DNA of 64,000 bases from Patescibacteria group bacterium (GTDB taxonomy: Bacteria > Patescibacteriota > Minisyncoccia > Phycocordibacterales > JAKFXT01): NCBI GenBank assembly GCA_021731245.1, contig JAKFXT010000008.1:1045-65044 (forward strand), written 5' to 3'. Of the stretch, positions 1 through 9,673 are shown piece by piece. Position 1 is the first letter of the stretch. Each line of letters opens with the position of its first letter. The notes beneath the pieces were generated by a model, which was not told the DNA's origin, ran no database searches, and saw only the letters and a program-made list of their open reading frames with translations. A program made the position numbers and the translations under genes.

Positions 1-101
1 CCATGGAGTAAAGCCTATCATCAGGAATAGCATAAACATCCCCTATGAATTTCTGGAATTCTTGCAAGGATTGATTTTTGCGAAAGCTCGCCATGGGATA
101 T

Positions 102-1034
102 CTATTTAGTATGAATATTTACGTAAATATCTTCTAGAGCGCGTACGGCGTCCCCTGATGCAATATTATTTTGATGATAGAGGGAATCAGTACAATCGCC
201 GGATGCCCATATTCCTTTTGTTTTTGTTTGCTGAGTTCTTGGGTCAATAAGAATTTGTCCTTGCTTATTTAGTTCAACAATATCTTTTACAAAATCAGTA
301 GAAGGAATGAGACCAATTTCTACGAACACTCCTTGAACAGGTAACGTTATTTCTTCGCCAGTTATCTTATCTTTATATTTAATACCTGAAACAGATTTAT
401 CTCCTTCAACAGAAAGAAGTTCTGCGTTCAATATTCCTTTTACATTTGGTTTAGATAAAACTTTTTGTACAGTAACCCCATCTCCTTTGAAAGATTCATT
501 TTTGTGAAGTATGTAAACATTTTTACAATATGCGCTAAGTTGAGCGGCTGTTTCAAAGCCAGCATTTCCTCCACCAATGACCACTACATCTTGGCCTGAA
601 AATAGGGGACCATCACAAGAAGCGCAATAAGTAATTCCTCGGTTTTCAAACTTATCGGAATTTGGGACTGTGATTTTTCTCCTAGTAGAACCAACTGTAA
701 TCAAAACAGTCTTAGCTTCAAAGGATTCTCCACTTTCTGTTGTTATAGTAAAAGTCTCTTCATTTTTTGGATTTTTTGAAATAGATTTAGCACGAGTGCC
801 AGTTTTTATATTTACAATGTCACCAGCATAAGTACGAAGGTGCTCCTCAAGTGATTTTGCTAAGTCGGCACCGGAAATATGGGGGAATCCAATCCAGTTT
901 TGAATGTCTTCGGACACTGTTGATTGTCCGCCGAAAGTGTCACTAATAAAAATAGTTTTTAGTTGTTTACGCGATGCGTAGACTCCGCCGGACACTCCCG
1001 CTGGACCTCCTCCAATTATTGCTAAGTCGTACAT
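102..1034 (-). CDS. trxB: thioredoxin-disulfide reductase
   Basis: N-terminal FAD Rossmann GGGPAG; redox-active CASC (CxxC); second NAD(P)H GGGN motif; length 310 aa typical. Confidence 0.85.
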   Translation of the reverse strand: MYDLAIIGGGPAGVSGGVYASRKQLKTIFISDTFGGQSTVSEDIQNWIGFPHISGADLAKSLEEHLRTYAGDIVNIKTGTRAKSISKNPKNEETFTITTESGESFEAKTVLITVGSTRRKITVPNSDKFENRGITYCASCDGPLFSGQDVVVIGGGNAGFETAAQLSAYCKNVYILHKNESFKGDGVTVQKVLSKPNVKGILNAELLSVEGDKSVSGIKYKDKITGEEITLPVQGVFVEIGLIPSTDFVKDIVELNKQGQILIDPRTQQTKTKGIWASGDCTDSLYHQNNIASGDAVRALEDIYVNIHTK

Positions 1035-1126
1035 AAAATAAGTTCAATTAGATTAATAGATAAAAAGACATGAGAAAACAGGATGAATTATAGCAGGGGA
1101 GAAGAATTAGAAGAATTTCACTACCA

Positions 1127-1155
1127 TTGACTTTATACCCTATTTATGCTATACT
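1127..1155 (+). promoter_or_regulatory. sigma70-like promoter TTGACT-17nt-TATACT upstream of GC-rich ORF
   Basis: read directly: TTGACT at 1127-1132, 17 nt spacer, TATACT at 1150-1155; GGGAGA RBS before ATG 1208. Confidence 0.35.
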
Positions 1156-1207
1156 TGCGGTTAGAAGGCGGATTTTCCGCCCGCACCTTCACACAAGGGA
1201 GATTGCT

Positions 1208-1741
1208 ATGAAAAAAAGGAATTATGCTGTTCTCTCGGCGGCTTTGGTTTTCAACGCCGTACGTATTGGCTTCCCCGGTATTTCCGAAAAAAGGGGAAGT
1301 CCGGTAAGGAACGCTCATTTCCATGGTGCGTCCGCCAATGAGGGGCCTCTGGTCCGTTACAACGGCGAAGTGCTGGAGAATATCCTGGACCAAATCCAGG
1401 CGGTGGCAAAAAGCGATTTTTCCACCGAGGAAGACATCAAGGTCTTGGTTTCGGCTGGTTTGAGCGGAGTCTCCGTTCAGGTCGCGTTGTACCCGTTTTT
1501 GAGTGACGAGCTCGCGAACGACATCATCGTCAGGTACGCCAGCCTTCTCGAGAAGAAGGCGCTGTTCGAAGGCAAAAATCACGGCGACGTGTTTCTGGAG
1601 GCGAACAACTTCCTGGTGGAATCCCTCGGGATTAGCCGGGAGCAAGCATCCGAGTACTTCGGCTTCATCATCGAGCAGATGCTTCCGTATGTGCAAAGGT
1701 TGCAGGGTGGAGTCATCGAGCCGAGGGTTGCTGTCAGCTGA
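1208..1741 (+). CDS. hypothetical protein in a GC-rich, GC3-rich island (177 aa from ATG 1208; ORF-track start 1127 rejected)
   Basis: codon third positions mostly G/C unlike flanking genes; RBS GGGAGA 6 nt upstream of ATG 1208; followed by strong terminator. Confidence 0.5.
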   Translation: MKKRNYAVLSAALVFNAVRIGFPGISEKRGSPVRNAHFHGASANEGPLVRYNGEVLENILDQIQAVAKSDFSTEEDIKVLVSAGLSGVSVQVALYPFLSDELANDIIVRYASLLEKKALFEGKNHGDVFLEANNFLVESLGISREQASEYFGFIIEQMLPYVQRLQGGVIEPRVAVS

Positions 1742-1760
1742 CGGTGACCCGCAAGACAAA

Positions 1761-1790
1761 ACGCCGACCTTCGGGTCGGCGTTTTTTTTA
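1761..1790. terminator. bidirectional rho-independent terminator between GC-rich ORF and ftsZ
   Basis: hairpin gccgacc-ttcg-ggtcggc followed by T8 on + strand and a T-rich run on - strand. Confidence 0.55.
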
Positions 1791-1791
1791 T

Positions 1792-2988
1792 TTACTTTTT
1801 ATTCCTTCGGAGGAATGCAGGCACTGCACCCCAATCATCATTGTCTTCGTCCGGTAGTGGCTTTGTATTTTTTTGTTCAACCGGAATTGATTTTACTTCC
1901 ACTTTGACTTCTTCTTTTGGAGAATCTTTTTCTTTTGATGTAAAAATACTACTCATTATTTTTTTCTCTTCCTCAATTGCTTTTTCACGATTACGAATTG
2001 GAAATAGTGATTCGCGAGTATTGTGGGCTGATGGATCAGGAAAACCTGTAGCAATCACCGTTACTTTGACTTCATTTTTCTTTAGTTTCTCATCGTAAAT
2101 TGTTCCGAAAATAACACGAGCATTTGGATCAATTGATTCGGTTATAACTTTTGCCGCATCTTGTATTTCTAGCATTCCCAAATCATCGCCACCGGAAACT
2201 GCAAAGAGCACCCCTTTTGCATTATGTATTGAAATATCGAGAAGTGGAGAATTCACGGCGGCCTTTGCTGCCTCAACTGCTCTGTTTTCGCCTGATGCCA
2301 TACCTATACCCATAAGAGCAGAGCCTGCATTTTCCATAACAGAACGAATATCAGCAAAGTCCACATTGATGATTCCAGGTGTAGTAATCAAATCGGAGAT
2401 TCCTTCCACTGCTTGGCGCAAGACATCATCGCACATTGCGAAGGCTGTCTTTACAGAAGTGTCTTTGGAGACTGTAGCTAGGATTCTGTCATTAGGAATA
2501 ACAATTAATGCGTCCACTTGTTTACGTAATTCATCGAGCCCTTGTTCAGCCAAACGTGAGCGTTGTGAACCTTCAAAAGAAAATGGTCTTGTAACAACAC
2601 CGACAGTTAGAGCCCCAAGTTCTTTGGCAGCTTGCGCAACAATTGGAGCCGCCCCTGTTCCAGTTCCGCCTCCCATTCCACCTGCTATGAAAACCATATC
2701 AGCTCCTTTTATTGCTTCTTGAATTTCTTCTTTAGTTTCTTCCGCAGCCCTACGTCCAATATCTGGATTCATTCCAGCACCAAGTCCGTGAGTTAAATTT
2801 TTTCCAATATGAATTTTCTTTTTTGCATCAGAATGTTGCAAATCTTGTGCGTCAGTATTAACAGCAATAAAGTCTACTCCTTTAACTCCAGTCTTTATCA
2901 TGTGATTGGTAGCATTTTTTCCTGAGCCACCAACACCAATAACCCTTATACGTGCAAATGTTTCGATTTCTGGAGAAATTTTAGGCAT
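1792..2988 (-). CDS. ftsZ: cell division GTPase FtsZ
   Basis: tubulin signature GGGTGTG, NTD... IAVNTD, T7 loop region; ftsA immediately upstream. Confidence 0.95.
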   Translation of the reverse strand: MPKISPEIETFARIRVIGVGGSGKNATNHMIKTGVKGVDFIAVNTDAQDLQHSDAKKKIHIGKNLTHGLGAGMNPDIGRRAAEETKEEIQEAIKGADMVFIAGGMGGGTGTGAAPIVAQAAKELGALTVGVVTRPFSFEGSQRSRLAEQGLDELRKQVDALIVIPNDRILATVSKDTSVKTAFAMCDDVLRQAVEGISDLITTPGIINVDFADIRSVMENAGSALMGIGMASGENRAVEAAKAAVNSPLLDISIHNAKGVLFAVSGGDDLGMLEIQDAAKVITESIDPNARVIFGTIYDEKLKKNEVKVTVIATGFPDPSAHNTRESLFPIRNREKAIEEEKKIMSSIFTSKEKDSPKEEVKVEVKSIPVEQKNTKPLPDEDNDDWGAVPAFLRRNKK

Positions 2989-3138
2989 ATTTTCCTTCCG
3001 TGATTAAATCTCATAATAGCAGACGGTTTTACAATTGGGACCTCGACACTATAGGGGATTTTGTGTTGGAATTACATAAAAAACAAGCAAAAAACGACTC
3101 TGTTGAGCCGTTTTTTCTTAAATTCAGATTTCTTATTT

Positions 3139-4326
3139 TTACGGAAGTAGTGGCCGAACCATATTATGTAGCCCACGCCAGATTTTTTTACCTATGGCAG
3201 ATATATCTCCAGAAGATTTTATTCTAGAGTCTCCAGTAAAGCCCCAAATAGTTAATCCATAAGCTGGAGACCACGATGCGTCTTTCACTGGTTTGCCATC
3301 TTGTGAGAGGGGAAAGGTTCCGATTTTTGATGGAAGTTTTAAAGCAGCTTTAGCCAGCTCTTCAATCGTATGAATACTGGAACCTCCTCCGGTCAAAATA
3401 ATTCCTGCAGGTAATAATCCATTTTTATTAACTTTTTTTAAATGAGCTTCAATTAAATCAAATATATCTGAGAGACGCGCTACTACTATTTTATCCAATT
3501 CTTTTTTAGGAAATTGAGTTCCAGTAATTGCACCGAGCTTTATGCTCTCGGCTTCTTCAAGTGAGACGCGAAGGCCAAGCGCTATGTCATTGGTTATGTC
3601 AGTTGAGCCTATTGGAAAGACTTCAAGCGAATAGGGAATTCCATTTTCAAAGATTACAACGGAAACAGTCTCGGCCCCAATATTTGCTAAGACACAGCCA
3701 GCCATTTTTTGCGCTTTAGTTAAAGACACAAGACTTCCTGCAAGTGGTGTTGCCATTGCATCAATCACATCTATATCTGCCTCTTCTACTGCTGCAATCA
3801 AATCATTTAAATGTTGCTCAAGGCAGGTAATGAAAAGCATTTTGCAATCAAGTTTGAGTCCCTTCATTCCAATTGGGGAATTGCTCATAATATCTTTCCC
3901 ATCCACTTTATAACTTAGAGGAATAGAGTGCAGGATTTTTCTATTTATTATTGCCGCTTGCGACAATTGTAATCTGGCAGCTTCTTGCACTTTTTCTATA
4001 TCAAGTTCTGTTATCTCACCATCTCCACGAGAGACTATGGCGCTACCCGTATCCGTCACTGATTCAAGCCCAACGCCCCCGATTGAGATGAAAGCATTTT
4101 TTATTTTTATTTTGGCGATTTTCTCTGTTTGAGCGATGGCTTCCTTTACGCTTTCTGTTACGTCCGCTGAATTAATTATGTAGCCATGACGAAGTCCTTT
4201 TGACTCACTGTATCCGGTTGCAATTATTTTAGGGAAGTCTTTATCTTTTTCATTTATGCGCTCCGAAACCACCACTTTGACTTGGTGAGAACCTATATCT
4301 ATTCCAACAGAAATATTTCGTGCCAT
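3139..4326 (-). CDS. ftsA: cell division protein FtsA (actin-like ATPase)
   Basis: N-terminal VGIDIGS actin-fold phosphate-1 motif; synteny ftsA-ftsZ. Confidence 0.85.
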   Translation of the reverse strand: MARNISVGIDIGSHQVKVVVSERINEKDKDFPKIIATGYSESKGLRHGYIINSADVTESVKEAIAQTEKIAKIKIKNAFISIGGVGLESVTDTGSAIVSRGDGEITELDIEKVQEAARLQLSQAAIINRKILHSIPLSYKVDGKDIMSNSPIGMKGLKLDCKMLFITCLEQHLNDLIAAVEEADIDVIDAMATPLAGSLVSLTKAQKMAGCVLANIGAETVSVVIFENGIPYSLEVFPIGSTDITNDIALGLRVSLEEAESIKLGAITGTQFPKKELDKIVVARLSDIFDLIEAHLKKVNKNGLLPAGIILTGGGSSIHTIEELAKAALKLPSKIGTFPLSQDGKPVKDASWSPAYGLTIWGFTGDSRIKSSGDISAIGKKIWRGLHNMVRPLLP

Positions 4327-4362
4327 TTTTATTTAAAAGGCACACACTTCAAGATAAAAAAA

Positions 4363-4749
4363 TTAAACTCCCATTTTTCTCCGAACTGCTGCCTCCTTTA
4401 TGTCCATTGTAACGCTATGAGAGTAACCTTTCAAATGAAACAAACCGTGGATAAATAGAAATGCCACCAGATTTGAAAATTTACGCCCAAATTTCTTCTC
4501 TTCCGCTTTTATTGTTTTAAGGTCAAGGAAAATTTCCCCACTCGTTTTTGATAATGAAAAGCTCAAAACGTTCGTAGAATAATTTTTATTTCTGTAATCT
4601 TTATTTAATTTTTTAGATAGATTCGATGTAGCAAAAACTAATGAAAGTTTGTATTTTTTACCCAAAACCTCGTTCTTTATTAAAAGGAAATTAATCTTCG
4701 GTTTTTTGTACCGAGTAGTATTTGTTATAGAGAATAGACTCTCTCTCAT
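4363..4749 (-). CDS. ybeY: rRNA maturation endoribonuclease YbeY-like
   Basis: C-terminal HGLFHLKGYSH matches YbeY HxxxHxxGxxH zinc motif; ~128 aa. Confidence 0.5.
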   Translation of the reverse strand: MRESLFSITNTTRYKKPKINFLLIKNEVLGKKYKLSLVFATSNLSKKLNKDYRNKNYSTNVLSFSLSKTSGEIFLDLKTIKAEEKKFGRKFSNLVAFLFIHGLFHLKGYSHSVTMDIKEAAVRRKMGV

Positions 4750-4761
4750 ATGGCAGTCTCT

Positions 4762-5031
4762 TTAGCGGCGACCGCGTCTCTTAACTTCTATTACCTTGCC
4801 CATTTTTATAGCTTCTTCATAGACAGCTTTTTTAGATAATCGAGTTAGAGCCTTCTTCTTTCTAACGTAGTGGCTCTTAGTGCGTTCATTGTAGCGAATA
4901 CTGCGGACACGATTTAAAACACCTGATCCTTGCACTCTTTTGGTGAAGCGGCGAATAAGGTTCGTTGCGTTTTCGTTGGCGTTTTTTACTACCTCTACAT
5001 TTACTGAAGTCATGGGGAAAAAGATTAACAC
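4762..5031 (-). CDS. rpsU: 30S ribosomal protein S21 (true start possibly internal ATG at 5013)
   Basis: IRRFTKRVQGSGVLNRVRSIRYNERTKSHYVRKKK matches S21 consensus (RRFKR...GVL.E.R...YEKP...RKR). Confidence 0.6.
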   Translation of the reverse strand: MLIFFPMTSVNVEVVKNANENATNLIRRFTKRVQGSGVLNRVRSIRYNERTKSHYVRKKKALTRLSKKAVYEEAIKMGKVIEVKRRGRR

Positions 5032-5066
5032 ATTTTATTTACCTCTGCAACGAATGCTAATAGGGG

Positions 5067-6290
5067 CTAATCTTTTGAGAAGTGTTTTATATAGTGTGGG
5101 AGTTCTAATACGGGCACTGTTTCTTGAGAGCGGTTTTTCATATTGCGTATTATGGCACTGCCTTCAAGGGCCTCCTTTTGACCTATTATTATCATGAAAG
5201 GAATTTTCAGACTTTCTGCTGTTGCAATTTGAGCTGAAATTCTATCTTTAGAAAGAGATTGGTGAATTGGGATTTTTCCTTTACGTAATATTTCAAGTGC
5301 GGCCAAGCTTTTTATTTTTGCTTCAAACCCCAAGTGTATTAAATAAACTTTTGGTTTTTTTGTTTTTAGTTCTTGCTTTGTCTTTTTGGGAACCAATCCT
5401 AGTCCACCAAGGGAAATAGTGATACCAACAGCGGGCACTTCTTTTTTAGCACCGAAACGCTTTACCAAATCATCAAACCTACCTCCACGAGCAAGGACTG
5501 GGTCAAATTTATTTTTGGGATACATTTTATTTTGTTCGTTTTTGGTTTTTATTTCAAAAATAGTACGGGTGTAATATTCCTTTCCTCCCACAAGACAATT
5601 ATTTATTGTGTAAGGGACATTCATGCTTTCCAAAAATTCAAGAACTTCTGCAAAGTGAATACGACTTGTTTCTGTGAGGGCACTTATTGGTTTCGGCGCC
5701 TGATCCTTAAAGAGCATGCACTTATCTTGGGCACATTCTAGAACTTTGAATATATCTTTTTTCAAATTAGGGCGACAATGTGAAGGAACTTCTTCTTCGT
5801 GCTTTTTATAGTAATTATTGAACTCTCTACTGAAGCGAGCGATTGATTCACGGTCTCCCAAACTATTTATTTGAATAAAAGGGTCAGCAAATCCAGACTC
5901 TTCTATTATGGTAAGAGCTGTTTTGAATAGTAGGGCTTCAGCAATTGAACGTGACACCCCGATAATCTCCAGAGAAAACAAAACTGCATCTTTCCCGCCA
6001 TAATCTTCGCGCTTCATGTATTTACGAAGCGGCTCTGTGTGATAAAGCATTAATGGTTGTGGAAGCTCTCCAAAATTGTAATCAAGATAAGCTTTCATTA
6101 AGTCTGGTCTATTTATTTCTCCAGGGAGACCCTCTTTTGCTTCGGCTGGCGCAAAAGCTTTCTTTCTACCAGTCCTAGGTAGAATCTTTAGAGTTTCTTG
6201 TAATGAAGAAAATCCATAATAATTAGCAATTGATATTGCGTTTTCGAAAAGTTCATTTTTTGATCCTTTATCCATAATCAAATTATTCAA
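5067..6290 (-). CDS. hisS: histidyl-tRNA synthetase-like class II aaRS (divergent)
   Basis: motif 3-like ARGGRFDDL, INSLGDRES, LVGGKEYYTRTIFE and C-terminal anticodon-binding-like domain; motif 2 arginines partly replaced by K. Confidence 0.55.
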   Translation of the reverse strand: MNNLIMDKGSKNELFENAISIANYYGFSSLQETLKILPRTGRKKAFAPAEAKEGLPGEINRPDLMKAYLDYNFGELPQPLMLYHTEPLRKYMKREDYGGKDAVLFSLEIIGVSRSIAEALLFKTALTIIEESGFADPFIQINSLGDRESIARFSREFNNYYKKHEEEVPSHCRPNLKKDIFKVLECAQDKCMLFKDQAPKPISALTETSRIHFAEVLEFLESMNVPYTINNCLVGGKEYYTRTIFEIKTKNEQNKMYPKNKFDPVLARGGRFDDLVKRFGAKKEVPAVGITISLGGLGLVPKKTKQELKTKKPKVYLIHLGFEAKIKSLAALEILRKGKIPIHQSLSKDRISAQIATAESLKIPFMIIIGQKEALEGSAIIRNMKNRSQETVPVLELPHYIKHFSKD

Positions 6291-6888
6291 CTTTTTCTTC
6301 CAAATTTATTTTTCCAGGAAACAAACTTATATCTTTTGGTGGATACAATCTTAGAAAAGCTCTGCCGATTATATTTTCTTTCGGTACGGCTCCCCAAATT
6401 CTGGAATCCGAACTGTGAGAACGGTTGTCTCCAAGTACAAAGTACTCATCTTTCTTAAGTGTTGTTTGAAATTGTCCAACAGACTTAAAAGTTATATATG
6501 ATTGGTCAATTTGGAAACCATTTGGGTTCTTATTATTTTTTATAGTTATATTATTGTCAGAAATTAAAACAGTTTCTTCAGGTAGAGCTATTATTCTTTT
6601 AATAAAATATTTTTCAGGATTTTTAGGATAGCGAAAGATGATGACATCATTTCGTTTAGGGTCTTCTAGATTATAAGAGATGCGATCTACTATTAAATAA
6701 TTCAAATCTTCAAAAGTTGGTTCCATTGAGGCACCGGAAACTATGAATGGTTCTGCAATAAAAAAGCGAATAGGAAGTACTATTGCTAAAGTTATAATCA
6801 CGAAGCGAAATGTTTCTTTAAAGAACGATTCTTCTTTTTTTTCTTCCATATTGGTGCCAATTGTAATACCCGCATTCGTTTGACACAA
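6283..6888 (-). CDS. lepB: signal peptidase I
   Basis: N-terminal TM, catalytic GASMEPTF (Ser) box and GDNRSHSSDSRIWG box. Confidence 0.85.
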   Translation of the reverse strand: MCQTNAGITIGTNMEEKKEESFFKETFRFVIITLAIVLPIRFFIAEPFIVSGASMEPTFEDLNYLIVDRISYNLEDPKRNDVIIFRYPKNPEKYFIKRIIALPEETVLISDNNITIKNNKNPNGFQIDQSYITFKSVGQFQTTLKKDEYFVLGDNRSHSSDSRIWGAVPKENIIGRAFLRLYPPKDISLFPGKINLEEKVE

Positions 6889-6929
6889 GAGAAAATAAAT
6901 TTTGGATTAAATATTTTAATTATTTTTTA

Positions 6930-7030
6930 TCCGCCCTCAAACTGCACACATAATTTTCTGTTTAAAATTTGCTCCGCTCGGCGCGTCCGCCTTCGCAAGG
7001 CAGTTTGAGGGCGGATGGGGGTATTAGATG
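6930..7030 (+). repeat. structured intergenic element, family copy A (outer 16-bp stem tccgccctcaaactgc/gcagtttgagggcgga around core CACACATAATTTTCTGTTTAAAATTTGCTCCGCTCGG...CGCAAGG)
   Basis: read directly; homologous copies at ~10338, ~19316, ~26657 and on - strand at ~37083. Confidence 0.5.
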
Positions 7031-7068
7031 GAAGAAAAAACAGAAAAAATGAGGTAGAATAGCGGATT

Positions 7069-7656
7069 ATGAAGTTTACAGTTATAGGCCTGGGCAATCC
7101 TGGGGGAGAATATAAGGATACTCGGCACAACACGGGAGCTTTAATTGTAGAATATCTGCAATCAGCGTTAGATTCTTCTCCTTGGAAGGAAAATAAAAAG
7201 GCAAAAGCACTAGAGAGTGTTGGAAAAATTGGGAAACACACCGTTACACTCATATTGCCGGAACAATTTATGAATAATAATGGTAAGGTTCTTCCTTCAT
7301 TAATAAAAAGTAAGGCGGATGCAGGGCGACTTCTGGTAATTTATGATGAATTGGATTTACCTATTGGGAAAATGAAAATGTCTTTCGGGCGCTCTTCTGG
7401 TGGACACCGAGGACTCGATTCTGTGATGCGAGCAATAAAGACAAAAGATTTTATGCGTATTCGTGTTGGTGTTTCGCCTGAAAGTAAAGGTGTAGCTAAA
7501 AAACCAAAGGGGGAAGACGCTGTGATTAAATTTATTTTGGGGAAATTTAAACCTGATGAACTAGAAATTCTCAAAAAAGAAAAACTAAAAATCAAAAAGG
7601 CATTAGAAAATATTGTAGAGAACGGATTTGAGAGAGCAATGGGGGAGTTTAATTAA
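7069..7656 (+). CDS. pth: peptidyl-tRNA hydrolase
   Basis: N-terminal LGNPG...Y..TRHN motif characteristic of Pth. Confidence 0.9.
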   Translation: MKFTVIGLGNPGGEYKDTRHNTGALIVEYLQSALDSSPWKENKKAKALESVGKIGKHTVTLILPEQFMNNNGKVLPSLIKSKADAGRLLVIYDELDLPIGKMKMSFGRSSGGHRGLDSVMRAIKTKDFMRIRVGVSPESKGVAKKPKGEDAVIKFILGKFKPDELEILKKEKLKIKKALENIVENGFERAMGEFN

Positions 7657-7686
7657 AAAATCCGGCTTTGAACCGGATTTTTTAAT

Positions 7687-8838
7687 TTACTTTACGTAAG
7701 TAAGGGCCATCTTTTGATCTTTTGGATCAAATAGATTTATTTTGAATTTGTAGGTTTTACCAAGTTCAAGTGTTGAGCGAAGTTTGGCTTCATTGTTTTC
7801 AAATTCTGAAATATGAACCAATCCTGCAATTCCTTCTTCAATTGAAGCGAGAGCCCCGTGTTTATTGTGTTTGATTATGACACCCTCAACAGTCATATCT
7901 TTTTGATACTTCTTGTCAGCTTCTTTCCAAGGGTTTTCTTTGAGTGCCTTAACAGAAAGAGACACCTTACCATCTTTTATTTCAATAACTTTTACTTTTA
8001 TGTGATCTCCTACCTTGAAGATTGAGCGTGGGTCTTCCACTAAGCCCCAATCAATTTCTGAAATGTGTACCAACCCTTCAAGTCCTTCTTCTATTTTTAC
8101 GAATACTCCGAAGTCCACAATTCCTGTAACAGTTCCTTCCATAAGGTCTCCGACTCCATATTTACTAACAATTTCCTGTTTTTCTTTTTGGTCGTGGCTC
8201 TTTTCAGAGAAAATAAGTTTTCCTTCTTTAGGAGTTGCGCCAATTATAGTAACGGAGAGAACTTGTCCAACAAGTTTTTTAAGTTCCTCATATATTTTAT
8301 CTTTGTCCCCGTCATCTATTCTTGGATAGTGTTCAGCTTTAAGTTGTGAAGCTGGAAGAAATCCTACAATTCCTTGCCACTCCATTATAAGACCACCTTT
8401 ATTTGCATCTTTAACAGGTAAATCCAAAAGCTTCTTCTCTTTAATGGCGCTATCTGCCTCACTCCAAATCAAAGCTTGGCGAGCCTCTTTAAGAGAAAGT
8501 TCTAGATAACCCTCTTTATTATTTGTATCTACTACTTTAGCGGCAACATTGTCGCCAATATTTATGCGACGAATAACATCGCGCGCATTTAGAAATTCTT
8601 TGCCGTAAATTATTCCAGTACCGTATGGGTGCAAGTCAATATAAACAGATGCTTTTTCAACTGCTATGACCGGACCTTCTACAATATCTCCTGCTTGTGG
8701 GGGATTCTTCTCATCTTGGAGAAGTTTCGCCATCAAGCTGTTCTTTTTAGATTTTTTTTCTTCTTCGTGGTTTTCGTTTTCTTCTACTTCTAAATCCTTT
8801 CCTTTTTTTATTAAAGTTTCAGAGTCTGACATATTCAA
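7687..8838 (-). CDS. rpsA: 30S ribosomal protein S1 (multi-S1-domain RNA-binding protein)
   Basis: four repeated S1/OB-fold modules (G..V.G.V..v...G.fV.l) with acidic N-terminal extension. Confidence 0.75.
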   Translation of the reverse strand: MNMSDSETLIKKGKDLEVEENENHEEEKKSKKNSLMAKLLQDEKNPPQAGDIVEGPVIAVEKASVYIDLHPYGTGIIYGKEFLNARDVIRRINIGDNVAAKVVDTNNKEGYLELSLKEARQALIWSEADSAIKEKKLLDLPVKDANKGGLIMEWQGIVGFLPASQLKAEHYPRIDDGDKDKIYEELKKLVGQVLSVTIIGATPKEGKLIFSEKSHDQKEKQEIVSKYGVGDLMEGTVTGIVDFGVFVKIEEGLEGLVHISEIDWGLVEDPRSIFKVGDHIKVKVIEIKDGKVSLSVKALKENPWKEADKKYQKDMTVEGVIIKHNKHGALASIEEGIAGLVHISEFENNEAKLRSTLELGKTYKFKINLFDPKDQKMALTYVK

Positions 8839-9063
8839 TTGTATTCGTGGAGGGCCCCTTTAAATTTAAGACACTAATGACTTAAATTTTAGAGAAGTTT
8901 ACTTTCCGCGATTGGCTAATAATCAATTCCTTAAAACAAAAAAGCTCATGGAGCTTTTCATTAAATTAGCACAATATTTGGGAAATGACAAACCCCGCTA
9001 AGAGCGGGGGTCTGGCCGGCACACAGTCGAGCTGTGCGCCGGCCAGATTTTGCCGGGCTTTTA

Positions 9064-9244
9064 TCATTCAGGATTTATTCTTCTTATTACCTGGACGTGG
9101 CGGCTTGGGCCGCTTTGCCCGCTTTTTACTGCTTTCTTCTTGGACGATTTCTTTTTACCTGACGCTTTTCTACTTCTTTTTTTCGCCGCCGCCGGCGCCG
9201 ATGGTGGAACCGCGGAAGCCGGTTTTCGCTTTTTTCTTCGCCAT
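9064..9244 (-). CDS. Lys/Ala/Gly-rich basic small ORF, GC-rich, apparently frameshifted at an A7 run
   Basis: AAGGAG RBS 7 nt before ATG 9244 gives MAKKKAKTGFRGSTIGAGGGEKKK-stop; +1 frame continues KASGKKKSSKKKAVKSG... to 9064. Confidence 0.3.
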
Positions 9245-9433
9245 ATCAATCTCCTTAGAGGTGGTTGCGAAATAGCATCAAGACCGAAATGGTCCAAAAG
9301 ATGAACTGATGCCATTTAAAATTCTATACCCGTTTTAATTTTATGTAAATTATTTTCTGTGTTTAAAATAAAAAAACCAACCAATCGCGAAGATTGAAGT
9401 CGGTATGTTTCTGAAAGAACTTTAGAGACTTCG

Positions 9434-9481
9434 GCCCGCCACTGGACCCTTAGATCCGGACCCTTAGATCCAGTGGCGGGC
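9434..9481. other. 12-bp perfect hairpin (gcccgccactgg/ccagtggcgggc) whose loop is a tandem 13-nt direct repeat (acccttagatccgg x2)
   Basis: read directly in the 358-nt divergent intergenic region 9316-9673. Confidence 0.4.
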
Positions 9482-9673
9482 AGGCCATCATAATTCCGAG
9501 GATTCCGCGGATCCTTACGAAATTTTAAAATAGAACAAAAGACAGCAAAGCGTTCTTATCACCCAAGCCTAGCAACCCACCAGTGCCTGAAGCGGGAGCC
9601 GCTCTTAAAGTTATATTACTTAATTTAAAAGTCAATTTTTACAAAAACCTTTCGAAGAGTTAAACTGTGCTTC

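Noticed and set aside
1133-1759. 208-aa minus-strand ORF antisense to the GC-rich gene 1208-1741
   Set aside because: Open antisense frames are expected in GC-rich sequence; the plus-strand frame has RBS, promoter, terminator and GC3 skew
6927-7253. 108-aa minus-strand ORF overlapping the structured element copy A and the pth start
   Set aside because: Covers a conserved non-coding repeat and the pth 5' end; no RBS; translation is low complexity
9446-9469. Tandem 13-nt direct repeat considered as a CRISPR array
   Set aside because: Only two short units with no spacers; no cas genes; lies in a hairpin loop
9316-9673. Checked for RNase P RNA or tmRNA
   Set aside because: No GGAAAGUCCGG P4 motif or tRNA-like 3' end with ACCA; not assignable by eye
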